Under the pieces are notes generated by a model. The model did not search any database. It had not been told where the DNA came from and saw nothing but the letters and a program-made list of their open reading frames with translations. This document shows positions 8,935 through 18,600 of a stretch of DNA of 32,000 bases, in pieces (position 1 is the first letter of the stretch; every line of letters begins with the position of its first letter). The position numbers were made by a program, and so were the translations under genes. The stretch is from Phycisphaerae bacterium (GTDB taxonomy: Bacteria > Planctomycetota > Phycisphaerae > UBA1845). The DNA is taken from NCBI GenBank assembly GCA_963666835.2, contig CAXXGO010000006.1:2511443-2543442 (forward strand). The letters are read 5' to 3'.

Positions 8935-9022
8935 GGTCCGTACAGTGGACCCCTCGCTGAATAAGGCGGTCCGTACAGTGGACCCTGCGTATTCTCACTC
9001 AGTAGGGTCCGCTGTACGGACC
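8935..9022. repeat. Three copies of a 17-18 bp palindromic element GGTCCGTACAGTGGACC(C), the third inverted
   Basis: Copy 1 is 8935-8952 and copy 2 is 8968-8985; they are identical direct repeats. Copy 3, 9005-9022, is the reverse complement with one G/A change. Each unit is itself GGTCC-N7-GGACC. Confidence 0.85.
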
Positions 9023-9053
9023 GTATGGTTCTGGTTGTAAGAAAGGAATCGAC

Positions 9054-9389
9054 ATGAAGAAGTGGAAATGCAGTGCGTGCGGGTATATTCATGACGGTGA
9101 CGAGCCTCCGGCACAGTGCCCCAAGTGCGGCGCGATTGCCGAGAAGTTCACGTTGCTTGACGACACAGCGGCGAACCTGGTTGAGCGGTCGCGGCACACA
9201 AACTCTTTGCATTGCCGGCTCGTCAATCTGGGCCGCAAGATGGAGCAGGTCTGCAAGGACGGCATCGAAGATAAGCTGGATCCGGGTTGCGTGGACGTTT
9301 TCGAGAAGACCCTGGCGCACAGCTATGAGATCATGAAGCTGGCGATGACGGAGATCCAGGGACACATCGCCAAGGGCAAGTGGGGGTAG
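9054..9389 (+). CDS. Rubredoxin-like zinc-ribbon protein with helical C-terminal domain
   Basis: N-terminal KCSACGYIHDG...PAQCPKCGA (CxxC...CxxC rubredoxin knuckles). The remaining roughly 80 aa are helical with no clear diiron ExxH pairs. It sits between peroxidase genes. Confidence 0.7.
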   Translation: MKKWKCSACGYIHDGDEPPAQCPKCGAIAEKFTLLDDTAANLVERSRHTNSLHCRLVNLGRKMEQVCKDGIEDKLDPGCVDVFEKTLAHSYEIMKLAMTEIQGHIAKGKWG

Positions 9390-9479
9390 AGAAGACCAGG
9401 GGCGAGTCGGACGATAGCGGCGCCGAGACCACGAGGGGCTCGTCGGCACGTTCCCGGATTGCCGGAGGATTGTAGGGCG

Positions 9480-9608
9480 TTGGACAACGTGGACGGAATC
9501 CTCGATTACGCGATCAGCCAAGAGGAACAGGCGGCTAAGTTCTACACGGAGCTTGCCGAGGAGCGGTTCGAGATCGAGTACGACGATTACGTGTTCGGGA
9601 ACGGGTAG
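9480..9608 (+). pseudogene. Possible remnant of a ferritin-like/rubrerythrin-family gene (first helix only)
   Basis: Translation LDNVDGILDYAISQEEQAAKFYTELAEERFEIEYDDYVFGNG* resembles the first helix of ferritin-like diiron proteins and then stops. It has only TTG/GTG starts and is in the same frame as the upstream gene, beyond that gene's TAG. Confidence 0.25.
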
Positions 9609-9631
9609 GCTGGAAGAGCGAGGAGCTGTAA

Positions 9632-10144
9632 ATGGTACGCGAGCAAAGCCAACTGGCGGAGGGATTGCTGAAAGCGGCGCAGGCTGAGCGGGACGGCCAT
9701 AGTTTCTACCACATGGCCGCCACCACCAGCGAGGATCCCAAGGCCAAAGACGTTTTCGCCCAATTGGCCGCGGAAGAGTTGGATCACATGAACTTCTTGA
9801 TCCGGCACTACGAGGCCGTGGTGAAGACGGGCAGTCCGGATCCGTCGGCGACCTTGGGAAAGCGGGTGGCGCTTACCGGAGCGTGGCCGATTTTCTCCGA
9901 GGGGATCAAGACGCGGCTGAAGGATGCTCATTACGAAATGAGCGCGCTGTCAATCGGCGTCCAGCTCGAGTTAGATGCCCAGAAGTTCTACCGCGAACTG
10001 GCAGGCCGTACGGATGAGCCGGCCGCGAAGAAGTTCCTGCTGGACCTGGCGGATTGGGAAGCGGAACACTATCAAGCGTTGCTTCGACAGCAGGAAGCGT
10101 TAAAAGAAGACTACTGGACCCAGAACGGCTTTACGGCGTTCTGA
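9632..10144 (+). CDS. Ferritin-like diiron protein, rubrerythrin family without rubredoxin domain (erythrin-like)
   Basis: Two half-domains, each with E...ExxH ligands (AQAERDGHSFY / AAEELDHMNFL and VQLELDAQKFY / DWEAEHYQAL). GAGGAG RBS 6 nt upstream of the ATG. Confidence 0.8.
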   Translation: MVREQSQLAEGLLKAAQAERDGHSFYHMAATTSEDPKAKDVFAQLAAEELDHMNFLIRHYEAVVKTGSPDPSATLGKRVALTGAWPIFSEGIKTRLKDAHYEMSALSIGVQLELDAQKFYRELAGRTDEPAAKKFLLDLADWEAEHYQALLRQQEALKEDYWTQNGFTAF

Positions 10145-10177
10145 CAGGAATATCAGGCCAACAACGAAGGAAGTAGC

Positions 10178-10753
10178 ATGGCAACACTCAAGGGAAGTCA
10201 AACCGAGAAGAACCTCCTGACGGCATTTGCGGGCGAATCGCAAGCCAGGAATCGTTACACGTACTTTGCCGGAAAGGCAAAGAAGGAAGGGTTCGTTCAG
10301 ATTGCGGATATCTTCGAAGAAACTGCGAACCAAGAGAAGGAACACGCCAAGCGGTTCTTCAAGTTCCTTGAAGGCGGAGACGTGGAGATTTCAGGGACGT
10401 TCCCGGCCGGGGTCATCGGTAGCACGGCCGAGAATCTCAAGGCGGCGGCGGCCGGGGAGCACGAGGAATGGGAGTGCATGTATCCGGAGTTCGCGGCGAC
10501 TGCGCGCAAAGAGGGCTTCGAGGCTATAGCAAAGGTGTTTGAGGCGGTTAGTGTAGCCGAGAAGCAGCACGAGAAGCGTTACCTTGATCTGCTGGCGAAC
10601 GTCGAGGCCGGGACGGTCTTCAAGAGGAAGGAAAAGGCCGTTTGGCGTTGCCGGAACTGTGGCTACCTCCACGAAGGTACCGAGGCTCCGGACACCTGTG
10701 CGGCGTGTGCCCATCCCCAGGCTCACTTCGAGCTGCTGGGGGAGAACTGGTAG
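10178..10753 (+). CDS. rbr: Rubrerythrin
   Basis: TEKNLLTAFAGESQARNRYTYFA, EKEHAKRF, GEHEEW, EKQHEKRY diiron motifs, plus a C-terminal rubredoxin domain (WRCRNCGY...CAACAHP). Confidence 0.92.
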   Translation: MATLKGSQTEKNLLTAFAGESQARNRYTYFAGKAKKEGFVQIADIFEETANQEKEHAKRFFKFLEGGDVEISGTFPAGVIGSTAENLKAAAAGEHEEWECMYPEFAATARKEGFEAIAKVFEAVSVAEKQHEKRYLDLLANVEAGTVFKRKEKAVWRCRNCGYLHEGTEAPDTCAACAHPQAHFELLGENW

Positions 10754-11013
10754 GGAGTAGGCGGTGAGGGGAGGTCTGCGGACTACGCTTCCGCCGGCGT
10801 TGCGTAGATGACGCGCACCTCCAGGCGAGGAGTCCGTGCGCAGGGTCTCTCAAACCGAGATTGCGCGCTGCCGAGGAGCCGTCCTCCAGGGTCCGAGTGT
10901 TTTCGTCTGCGGGCGCCCGTTCGATTAACGCCGTATCGAGAATCGGTCTCAGCGGTACGCGGCATATCAGACGCTGCGCTTAGTCGAGGATTGAGCGGCC
11001 TCCCCGTGATCGG

Positions 11014-11967
11014 GTGGACCAAGACCCCAAGATGAAGATTGGAGCGCGCAAACGCGGTACTTTGCGACAACCAGGGACGTTCTGTCCAATCCACTCAGAT
11101 GTACCGGCCCTATTCTCGCTTGGCTTTCAGGTGACTTACGTCCTTGGACTATGGACATTGGAACTGGGTAACCGGGGGTGGCCACGGTGGCTTGCTGCGG
11201 TTCTTCCGGACTGGTTTCCAGGACCGGCGGTCCTCCTGTTTCTGATGCCATCCATTGCGATCTTTGCGGCAGGAGTTTCACTTATCTGGACGGAACGCAG
11301 AAGCCCTCGCGAGCAGGCGGCGTTTTCTGCCACTCCGAGGATCTGTCGGGTAGCAGCGATAGGGTCAATCGTATTGTGGATCGACTTGCTCTGGCGGACA
11401 CGCTGGCACCTTTGCGAACTACCTTGGTTACTCGTCACGTGCTTCGCGACCTTACCGATGATGCCGTTGGTCGATCGTCCGTTCCGTAGCTTCCGTCGCT
11501 GGCGTGCTGGGAGATGTATGCGATGTGACCACGAGCTTTCTGCTAGGTCGCTCGCTTGCAGTACGTGCGGTCTCACAAATGCTGCAGGGAGTCCAGAGGA
11601 AGTATGTCCGGTACATTGGCTGCCCGCGACGATGACTCTAGCCTCGTCTGTCGTCGTGGCCATTCCCGTGCTTGGATTCCACGTTTTTCGAGCCGCACAC
11701 GGAATCCGCCCGATCGAGCTTTTCGATGCCTCGCGAAGGGTCACACCCGGCTCAGCCGCGAGTCGCTTTGTTGAGTCTGGACTGCTCATAGGGCTTATAG
11801 TTCCCTGGGTCGCGTGTGTAGTGGGAGTCTGTTCCGTCATCGTTATAGGCGTCGCGGTCATACGAAAGGACGGACGTGCCGGACGGTCTGCCGCAATAGC
11901 CATTGCGTTGAGCTGCCTGGCTGGCCTAATGGCATACCAAACGGGTATGGCGATCCGTGGGACTTAG
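11014..11967 (+). CDS. Hypothetical polytopic membrane protein with embedded CxxC-N11-CxxC zinc ribbon
   Basis: At least six hydrophobic segments and a cytoplasmic-looking loop, RCMRCDHELSARSLACSTCG (11515-11571). A 255-aa antisense ORF overlaps, so the strand call rests on the TM-helix pattern. The start is uncertain (GTG 11014 or ATG 11032). Confidence 0.5.
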   Translation: MDQDPKMKIGARKRGTLRQPGTFCPIHSDVPALFSLGFQVTYVLGLWTLELGNRGWPRWLAAVLPDWFPGPAVLLFLMPSIAIFAAGVSLIWTERRSPREQAAFSATPRICRVAAIGSIVLWIDLLWRTRWHLCELPWLLVTCFATLPMMPLVDRPFRSFRRWRAGRCMRCDHELSARSLACSTCGLTNAAGSPEEVCPVHWLPATMTLASSVVVAIPVLGFHVFRAAHGIRPIELFDASRRVTPGSAASRFVESGLLIGLIVPWVACVVGVCSVIVIGVAVIRKDGRAGRSAAIAIALSCLAGLMAYQTGMAIRGT

Positions 11968-12153
11968 TACGGTAGGCCGGTCGGGCTTGGCTGATCATCG
12001 GCTCCCCCACGTCCAGCGGGGGTGCCATTGAACGGCCCGCGGAGGCGCGCAGCGCACGGCAAAGACAAAAGGACGCGGGCCACCCGGCGTTGGGCAGAGC
12101 CCACCCTACTTGGCTTTGTCCTTGACATGCTTCAGCCCTTTGTCTGTCACCGC

Positions 12154-12726
12154 TTAAAGATCATCCGCCACGTGCCAGTCGACGGCGTCGGTCTCGCACG
12201 TGATCGCGGCCACGTGGCTGTTGTGGAAGAAGTGCTCTACGGGCCAGGTCTGCCCTTTGTATTGCAGGGTCATGCGCGACGAGTTCGTGACCTCGACCAG
12301 GCGGCACGCGGAGAGCCCGGCGACCCCGGTTCCATTCGCCTTGAGGACGGCCTCCTTCGCCGTCCACAGGCGGAAGAAGGTCGGCCAGGATCGCCCCCGC
12401 AGCATATCCCATTCTTCCGGGGAAGCGGCGGCATCCATGATGGCTTCGTTACGCCGGGGGGCGACGTGCTCGATGTCGATGCCCACCGGGCGGTCGGCGA
12501 TTACCGCGGCCGCCCACAGACGCTTGTGCGTGATTGACCAATACCAGCCGTCTTGCGGAAGGGGGGCGCCGGCGGCGTTTTTCTTCCAGCCGTTCTGCGG
12601 TGCTCCGCAGAGCCGGGCGCATTCTCGCAAGGCCGCGCGCGCGCTGGCCTGTTGTTGTTTGACTTGGTCAGGGATGCGAGTGCCTTCGCGCTGGGGGATC
12701 GGGGTGAGTACCGGGCGCAGGATCAT
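12154..12726 (-). CDS. 4'-phosphopantetheinyl transferase (Sfp/AcpT type)
   Basis: GIDIEHV Mg-binding motif and [12 protein letters not shown] (W/FxxKEAxxK) motif. Its ATG overlaps the upstream stop codon (ATGA at 12723-12726). Confidence 0.85.
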   Translation of the reverse strand: MILRPVLTPIPQREGTRIPDQVKQQQASARAALRECARLCGAPQNGWKKNAAGAPLPQDGWYWSITHKRLWAAAVIADRPVGIDIEHVAPRRNEAIMDAAASPEEWDMLRGRSWPTFFRLWTAKEAVLKANGTGVAGLSACRLVEVTNSSRMTLQYKGQTWPVEHFFHNSHVAAITCETDAVDWHVADDL

Positions 12727-13544
12727 GGCGATTCGGTCGGCCAGATGCCGGCGAGAGTGTGCTTGACGACGTCGGCGTCGAAGTAGTTCGTCTCCATACC
12801 GGCGTCCACCACAATACCCTGGGCATTGATGCCGCTAGATCGCTCGCTCAGCAGAAACAACGCCGTGTTGGCCACTTCGTCCGTATCCAATCCGCGCTTG
12901 CGCAGCGTGACGTGCTCCGCGTACATGTAGTTGTCGATATACCCGGGGATGCCGGCCGAGGCGCTGGTCTTGAGCAAGCCCGCCCGCACCCCGTTAAAAC
13001 GAACCTCGGAGAACCGACTGAACGACTTCGCCAGAAAGGCCAGTGACGAGTCCAACGCCGCCTTGGCCGGAGCCATATATCCGTAGCTCTCCACGGCCAT
13101 CCGCGTGGTCGAGATGGAAATGGTCACCACGCTGCCGCGGCGGTCGAGCAGATCTCGAAAGGCGTTGGCTACGGCAATGAGCGAGTAACAGCTTACCGAT
13201 ACGCATTGCAGGAAATCTTCGCGGCGCACCTCATGGAATTTGCCGGAAAACGATTCGTAGTTGGCGAACGCGATTGAGTGGACGATGCCGTCGATTTTCT
13301 GGTGCTTCCGGCCGACCGCTTCTGCCAAGGCGGCAATCTGTTCGTCCTGCTCGACGTCGCACACGTGGACCTCGCGGCCGGGCAGCAGCTTGCTTGACTC
13401 CTCTCGGCGGGTCTCGTTGCGGACCCCGTATACGACCCTGGCGCCTTCTTCTTCCAAGAGCCGGGCGACGCGATAGGCCACGCTGCGCTTGTTGGCCACG
13501 CCCAATACGAGGTATGTTTTGTCGGTCAGATTAAGATAACTCAC
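12723..13544 (-). CDS. Enoyl-ACP reductase, FabI-like SDR
   Basis: N-terminal [16 protein letters not shown] (FabI-type glycine motif with SIA-like triplet) and a Y-x6-K catalytic pattern ([12 protein letters not shown]). GTGA start/stop overlap with the upstream gene. Confidence 0.8.
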   Translation of the reverse strand: MSYLNLTDKTYLVLGVANKRSVAYRVARLLEEEGARVVYGVRNETRREESSKLLPGREVHVCDVEQDEQIAALAEAVGRKHQKIDGIVHSIAFANYESFSGKFHEVRREDFLQCVSVSCYSLIAVANAFRDLLDRRGSVVTISISTTRMAVESYGYMAPAKAALDSSLAFLAKSFSRFSEVRFNGVRAGLLKTSASAGIPGYIDNYMYAEHVTLRKRGLDTDEVANTALFLLSERSSGINAQGIVVDAGMETNYFDADVVKHTLAGIWPTESP

Positions 13545-13979
13545 GCCGACGGTTCCTCCGCCTCAGCTTGCGTACAAGTGAACGTGACGCGAAGGGCCAA
13601 CTTATCTTCAACGGTAACCCTGCCCGTGAGAAAGAACGCGTTCTGCAGTTCGTCGTCGAGCGTCACCTCGACCCGGAGCATCTGCCCGGGACGTACGATC
13701 TGCCGAAAGCGGGCGTCGCGAATCCGCGTGAGGACCGGGACCCCGGCCGTGGGATCGTATCCGCCGAGTCGATGCGCGATCAGCAGGGCTCCAGCCTGAA
13801 AGCAGCACTCGCAGACCAAGACCCCCGGCATCACCGGGTGCCCGGGATAGTGCCCCGTGAAGAAATCGGCTTTCGGGTCGGCGAGCGTTGTCGTGACGAT
13901 GCGGTCGTCAGTGACTTCCACGATGTCGTCAACAAAAAGAAACGGAGGGCGGTGGGGGATCGAAGAAACGCTTAATATG

Positions 13980-13987
<8 letters not shown>
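13541..13987 (-). CDS. 3-hydroxyacyl-ACP dehydratase, FabZ-like hotdog fold
   Basis: [32 protein letters not shown] (catalytic His and Glu context). 8-nt overlap with the upstream gene. Confidence 0.85.
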
Positions 13988-15422
<1,435 letters not shown>

Positions 15423-15431
15423 AATCGTCGA

Positions 15432-16871
15432 TCACGAATCCGAAAGTACGTGCAAGTTCGCCACAGTTATTCCGCTCAGCATCGCCCCGATGATACCGAG
15501 AAACCCCTGGTCCGTCCCGCAGATGAAGAGATTTTCGTACTGCGTCCGTCCGTCACGGATCTTGCGAGGGGAGCCGTATACCGCACCGCTAATGTGTCCG
15601 GTAAACCGCTCAATGGTCCGCGGCGTGAACATGTCCCAGTCTACCACGTGTTCCCGGAAACGCGGGAGGTACGCCTCGGCGCGTTCGATTGCCTTGGCGA
15701 AGCAGGCCTGCTTCATCGCTACGTAGGTGTCGGCGTCGGCATCCATCCACGGGGCGAAGTCGGCCAGCCATGTGAGCCTGACGATACCCTCGGCCAGGTG
15801 CTTGTGCCGATCATAGTTATTCGGGCAGCACAACACGCCGCTGCGCAGGTCGACCGGTTCGCGGGGCCGGGCATAGTGGAACTTCTCGCTATCGTTGAAG
15901 AAGACAATCGCGGCCTCGTGCCCCAGGTCGGCCGGCGTGCGATCCAGAATGCAGATCGTCTCGACAAACGATACGGCGCCCGTGTCCGGCAGATCCGGCG
16001 TTACTCCGTTTTCTTGGCAGATCTGCATGGTTTCGTAGTGGCCGGCGGAGGAGATTACGATATCTGCAGTTAGTTGCTCGCCGGAATCCAGAGTCAGTCC
16101 CGCCACCCGGTTATTGCGGATTTCGAGCCCCGCGACCCCGTCGCCGATGCGTAGCTCGCCTTTGCAGCTTCGGTATTTCTTCACCAGCGCTCGGATGATT
16201 GCCCTGACTCCGCCGCGGGGGCGGGCGAACCCCTCGAAGAAGAGGCTCTTGAACATGGTCACGAACTGCGTGAAGTCCATGTCGTGCTCCTCCGCGTTGC
16301 CGTAGTACATGACAGGGCAGAGGAGCATCTCGATAAGCTGTGGATCATGGAGGGACTCGCGCATCGCCGAACGGGCTGAGTGGTGCGGCTGATCGAGCCG
16401 AGTATCTTCGAACTCGGCTACGTCCGCCAGAAACCGGCGGAAACGGTCAATCTCCTGCGGGAACTCCTCTGCAACCTGCGCGGTGAGAACGGCGATGTCG
16501 TTTGTGAACCGCAATCGCCGTCCGGGGAACGATACCTCGGAGTAACGCTGCTCCGCCAGGTCCAGCTCGTTGCGCGACAGACGCAGTTGTCGCAGCAGCT
16601 TTGCGAGCGGAGTCTGCCGTTTCCCCGCGGGTACAAAGTTGGTCAAGGCGTGAAGCCCGACATCGAACTCACGCCCGCCGCGCTTGTAGTAGGAGTTCAG
16701 GCCGCCGACGGCGTGATGTCGCTCGACCACGCAGACCCGGTAGTCGTAGTAGGCCAGCCGGATGCCCGCAGCGAGCCCTGACATGCCCGCGCCGATAATG
16801 ACCACGTCATAGTGCATGCGTTTATGCAGGTCTGTCCCGCGGAGCTGCCCGATAGTCGGGCGGCAGGACAA
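15432..16871 (-). CDS. FAD-dependent oxidoreductase, phytoene-desaturase (CrtI/amine-oxidase) family, copy A
   Basis: YDVVIIGAGMSGLAAGIRLAYYDYRVCVVERHHAVGGL and C-terminal FICGTDQGFLGIIGAMLSG. The track start is TTG 16871; ATG 16817 (MHYDVVIIGAG) is a plausible alternative. Confidence 0.8.
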   Translation of the reverse strand: MSCRPTIGQLRGTDLHKRMHYDVVIIGAGMSGLAAGIRLAYYDYRVCVVERHHAVGGLNSYYKRGGREFDVGLHALTNFVPAGKRQTPLAKLLRQLRLSRNELDLAEQRYSEVSFPGRRLRFTNDIAVLTAQVAEEFPQEIDRFRRFLADVAEFEDTRLDQPHHSARSAMRESLHDPQLIEMLLCPVMYYGNAEEHDMDFTQFVTMFKSLFFEGFARPRGGVRAIIRALVKKYRSCKGELRIGDGVAGLEIRNNRVAGLTLDSGEQLTADIVISSAGHYETMQICQENGVTPDLPDTGAVSFVETICILDRTPADLGHEAAIVFFNDSEKFHYARPREPVDLRSGVLCCPNNYDRHKHLAEGIVRLTWLADFAPWMDADADTYVAMKQACFAKAIERAEAYLPRFREHVVDWDMFTPRTIERFTGHISGAVYGSPRKIRDGRTQYENLFICGTDQGFLGIIGAMLSGITVANLHVLSDS

Positions 16872-16896
16872 GGCACCAGACCCCGGCGATCATTGG

Positions 16897-17196
16897 TCAG
16901 AGTGCGGCGACCGCCTGCAGTTTCGGAGTGAGGTACTCAACGCACCCGTCAAGCGTCGCGAGCTGCGTGTAGTCTTCCTTAGGAACCTCGACTTTGTAGC
17001 GCTTACGTAGCTCCATGACAATATCGAGAAAATCCATGGAATCCATGTCGAGCTGATCGCGCAAACGCACATCGCTCTTGACGCTGGAAAGATCGGCATC
17101 GGGCGCAACCAGCTCGATGATGTCCAGAACGATCTTCTTGACCTGCTCTACGGTACTGTTCTTGAAACTTGCGTTCATCTGTCTCACACGTAACAA
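16897..17196 (-). CDS. Acyl carrier protein (pathway-dedicated)
   Basis: Phosphopantetheine attachment motif LDMDSMDFLDIVMEL; size and acidic helices are typical of ACPs. The track start is TTG 17196; ATG 17178 is an alternative. Confidence 0.85.
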   Translation of the reverse strand: MLRVRQMNASFKNSTVEQVKKIVLDIIELVAPDADLSSVKSDVRLRDQLDMDSMDFLDIVMELRKRYKVEVPKEDYTQLATLDGCVEYLTPKLQAVAAL

Positions 17197-17205
17197 CGGC
17201 CAACG

Positions 17206-18444
17206 CTACACGGGGTATCGCCTGACTACCACGGCCGAGTTGGTCCCCAACATCCCGAACGAGTTGTTCAAGATGTGATCCACCCGGCCAACCTGTTTGG
17301 ACTCATTCAGCACCAAATTCCGCATCGCACACTTGGGGTCGAGATTCGTGACGTTGATCGTCGGATGCACTACGCCGTCCTCGAACGAACCCAAGTTCCC
17401 CGCCAACTCCAGGGCACCGGCCGCGCCCATTGCGTGGCCGATGTAGCTTTTCGTGTTATTAATCGCAACCCCCGGGAAGTCCCCAAAAACCTCGCGGGTT
17501 GCTCGTACCTCTAACTCGTCACCGGTCTCGGTCGCCGTTGCGTGCGTGCTCACGATACCGACGTCTTGCGGCTCGATCCCCGCCCGGGCAACGGCCAACT
17601 TCATACATTCGGCAATGCGCTCCGGGTCCGGCTGCACCGGATCGCGCGCATCCGAATTCATCGCATAGCCGATAATCTCGGCTATGATGGTCGCTCCGCG
17701 CCGCTTGGCATCCTTCAGCCTCTCAAGTACGTACAGGCACCCCCCTTCGGAGACCACGATTCCGTTCCGGTTCTTGTCGAACGGGCGGGACGCTTTAATC
17801 GGGTCCTCATGCCGCGCGAGAGCGTTCTGGCTCGCGAAGCTGGCGAAGATCCCGAACGAGCCGATTGCCTCGGATACTCCGCCGGCCACGGCAAGGTCGA
17901 CCTCGCCAAGCCGCAGCATCTGCACGCCCTGAATCAGCCCCGCGTTGCCCGCTGCACAAGCCGCGCCGATTGTATAGTGCGGGCCGCAAAAGCCCAAGTT
18001 CATCGTCACCTCCCCGGCGGGGTTGTTGGCCACCGTTCGGGGATTGTGGTGATGCGACCAGTATTTGGTGTCATAGTCGTACTGGCGGATGACGTCAATC
18101 TCGTTCTCGGTTTCCACCGTGCCGTGCTCGGTGATGCCGATGAACGTGCCCACACGGGAGAGATCCACGCCGGCGACGTCTATTTTCGCTCGGTTCAAGG
18201 CCTCGTGGGCGCAGTAGATGGAAATCGCCCCGGCTCGGGTTCCGCGCCGCCGCTCCCGGCGCGGTTGGTACTTCGTCTCGTCGAAATGGCACACTCCGGC
18301 GTGCACCTGCCCCATAAAGCGGGTCTCGATGTTGGTTATGCCGGATACCCCGTTCAGCAGGTTCCGCCGAAACGCCTCAAGCGTGTCGCCGTTGGGGGAC
18401 GTTAGCCCCACGCCAGTAATGACGATTCGCTCTGAGTTCGACAT
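17206..18444 (-). CDS. Beta-ketoacyl-ACP synthase (FabF/KAS II-like, catalytically complete)
   Basis: RIVITGVGLTSPNG; active-site Cys in IGAACAAG; His motifs STHATATETGD and SYIGHAMGAAG. Confidence 0.9.
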   Translation of the reverse strand: MSNSERIVITGVGLTSPNGDTLEAFRRNLLNGVSGITNIETRFMGQVHAGVCHFDETKYQPRRERRRGTRAGAISIYCAHEALNRAKIDVAGVDLSRVGTFIGITEHGTVETENEIDVIRQYDYDTKYWSHHHNPRTVANNPAGEVTMNLGFCGPHYTIGAACAAGNAGLIQGVQMLRLGEVDLAVAGGVSEAIGSFGIFASFASQNALARHEDPIKASRPFDKNRNGIVVSEGGCLYVLERLKDAKRRGATIIAEIIGYAMNSDARDPVQPDPERIAECMKLAVARAGIEPQDVGIVSTHATATETGDELEVRATREVFGDFPGVAINNTKSYIGHAMGAAGALELAGNLGSFEDGVVHPTINVTNLDPKCAMRNLVLNESKQVGRVDHILNNSFGMLGTNSAVVVRRYPV

Positions 18445-18600
18445 TTACACCGTGCCTAGGGAAAACTCCACGCTCCGACGCGACTGCGCACCGTACCATG
18501 CTGTAAGGCGGTGGATGTTAGCAGATTCACTAGAAACATGAAACGGAGCAACTTCTCGGGGGGTTGGTCTTTCCAGTACGATTCTCCCGGGATCCGCCAG

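Noticed and set aside
8935-9022. Possible miniature CRISPR array
   Set aside because: There are only three units, one in inverted orientation. The 'spacers' are 15 and 19 nt, the repeat is only 17-18 bp, and no cas genes or leader are present. It is better explained as a REP-like, operator or hairpin element.
9387-9389. TAG read-through or pyrrolysine recoding joining the rubredoxin-like ORF to the downstream in-frame segment
   Set aside because: TAG clearly functions as a normal stop elsewhere in the window (807-809, 8877-8879). No pyl genes are visible, and the downstream segment has only one ferritin-like helix and a Pro/Arg-rich linker. Pseudogenisation is more parsimonious.
7505-9521. 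Two long minus-strand ORFs (7505-8305, 266 aa; 8355-9521, 388 aa) overlapping fur, tpx and the rubredoxin-like gene
   Set aside because: Both are Arg/Pro-rich translations without recognisable domains. The plus-strand genes have unambiguous family motifs and RBS-like sequences.
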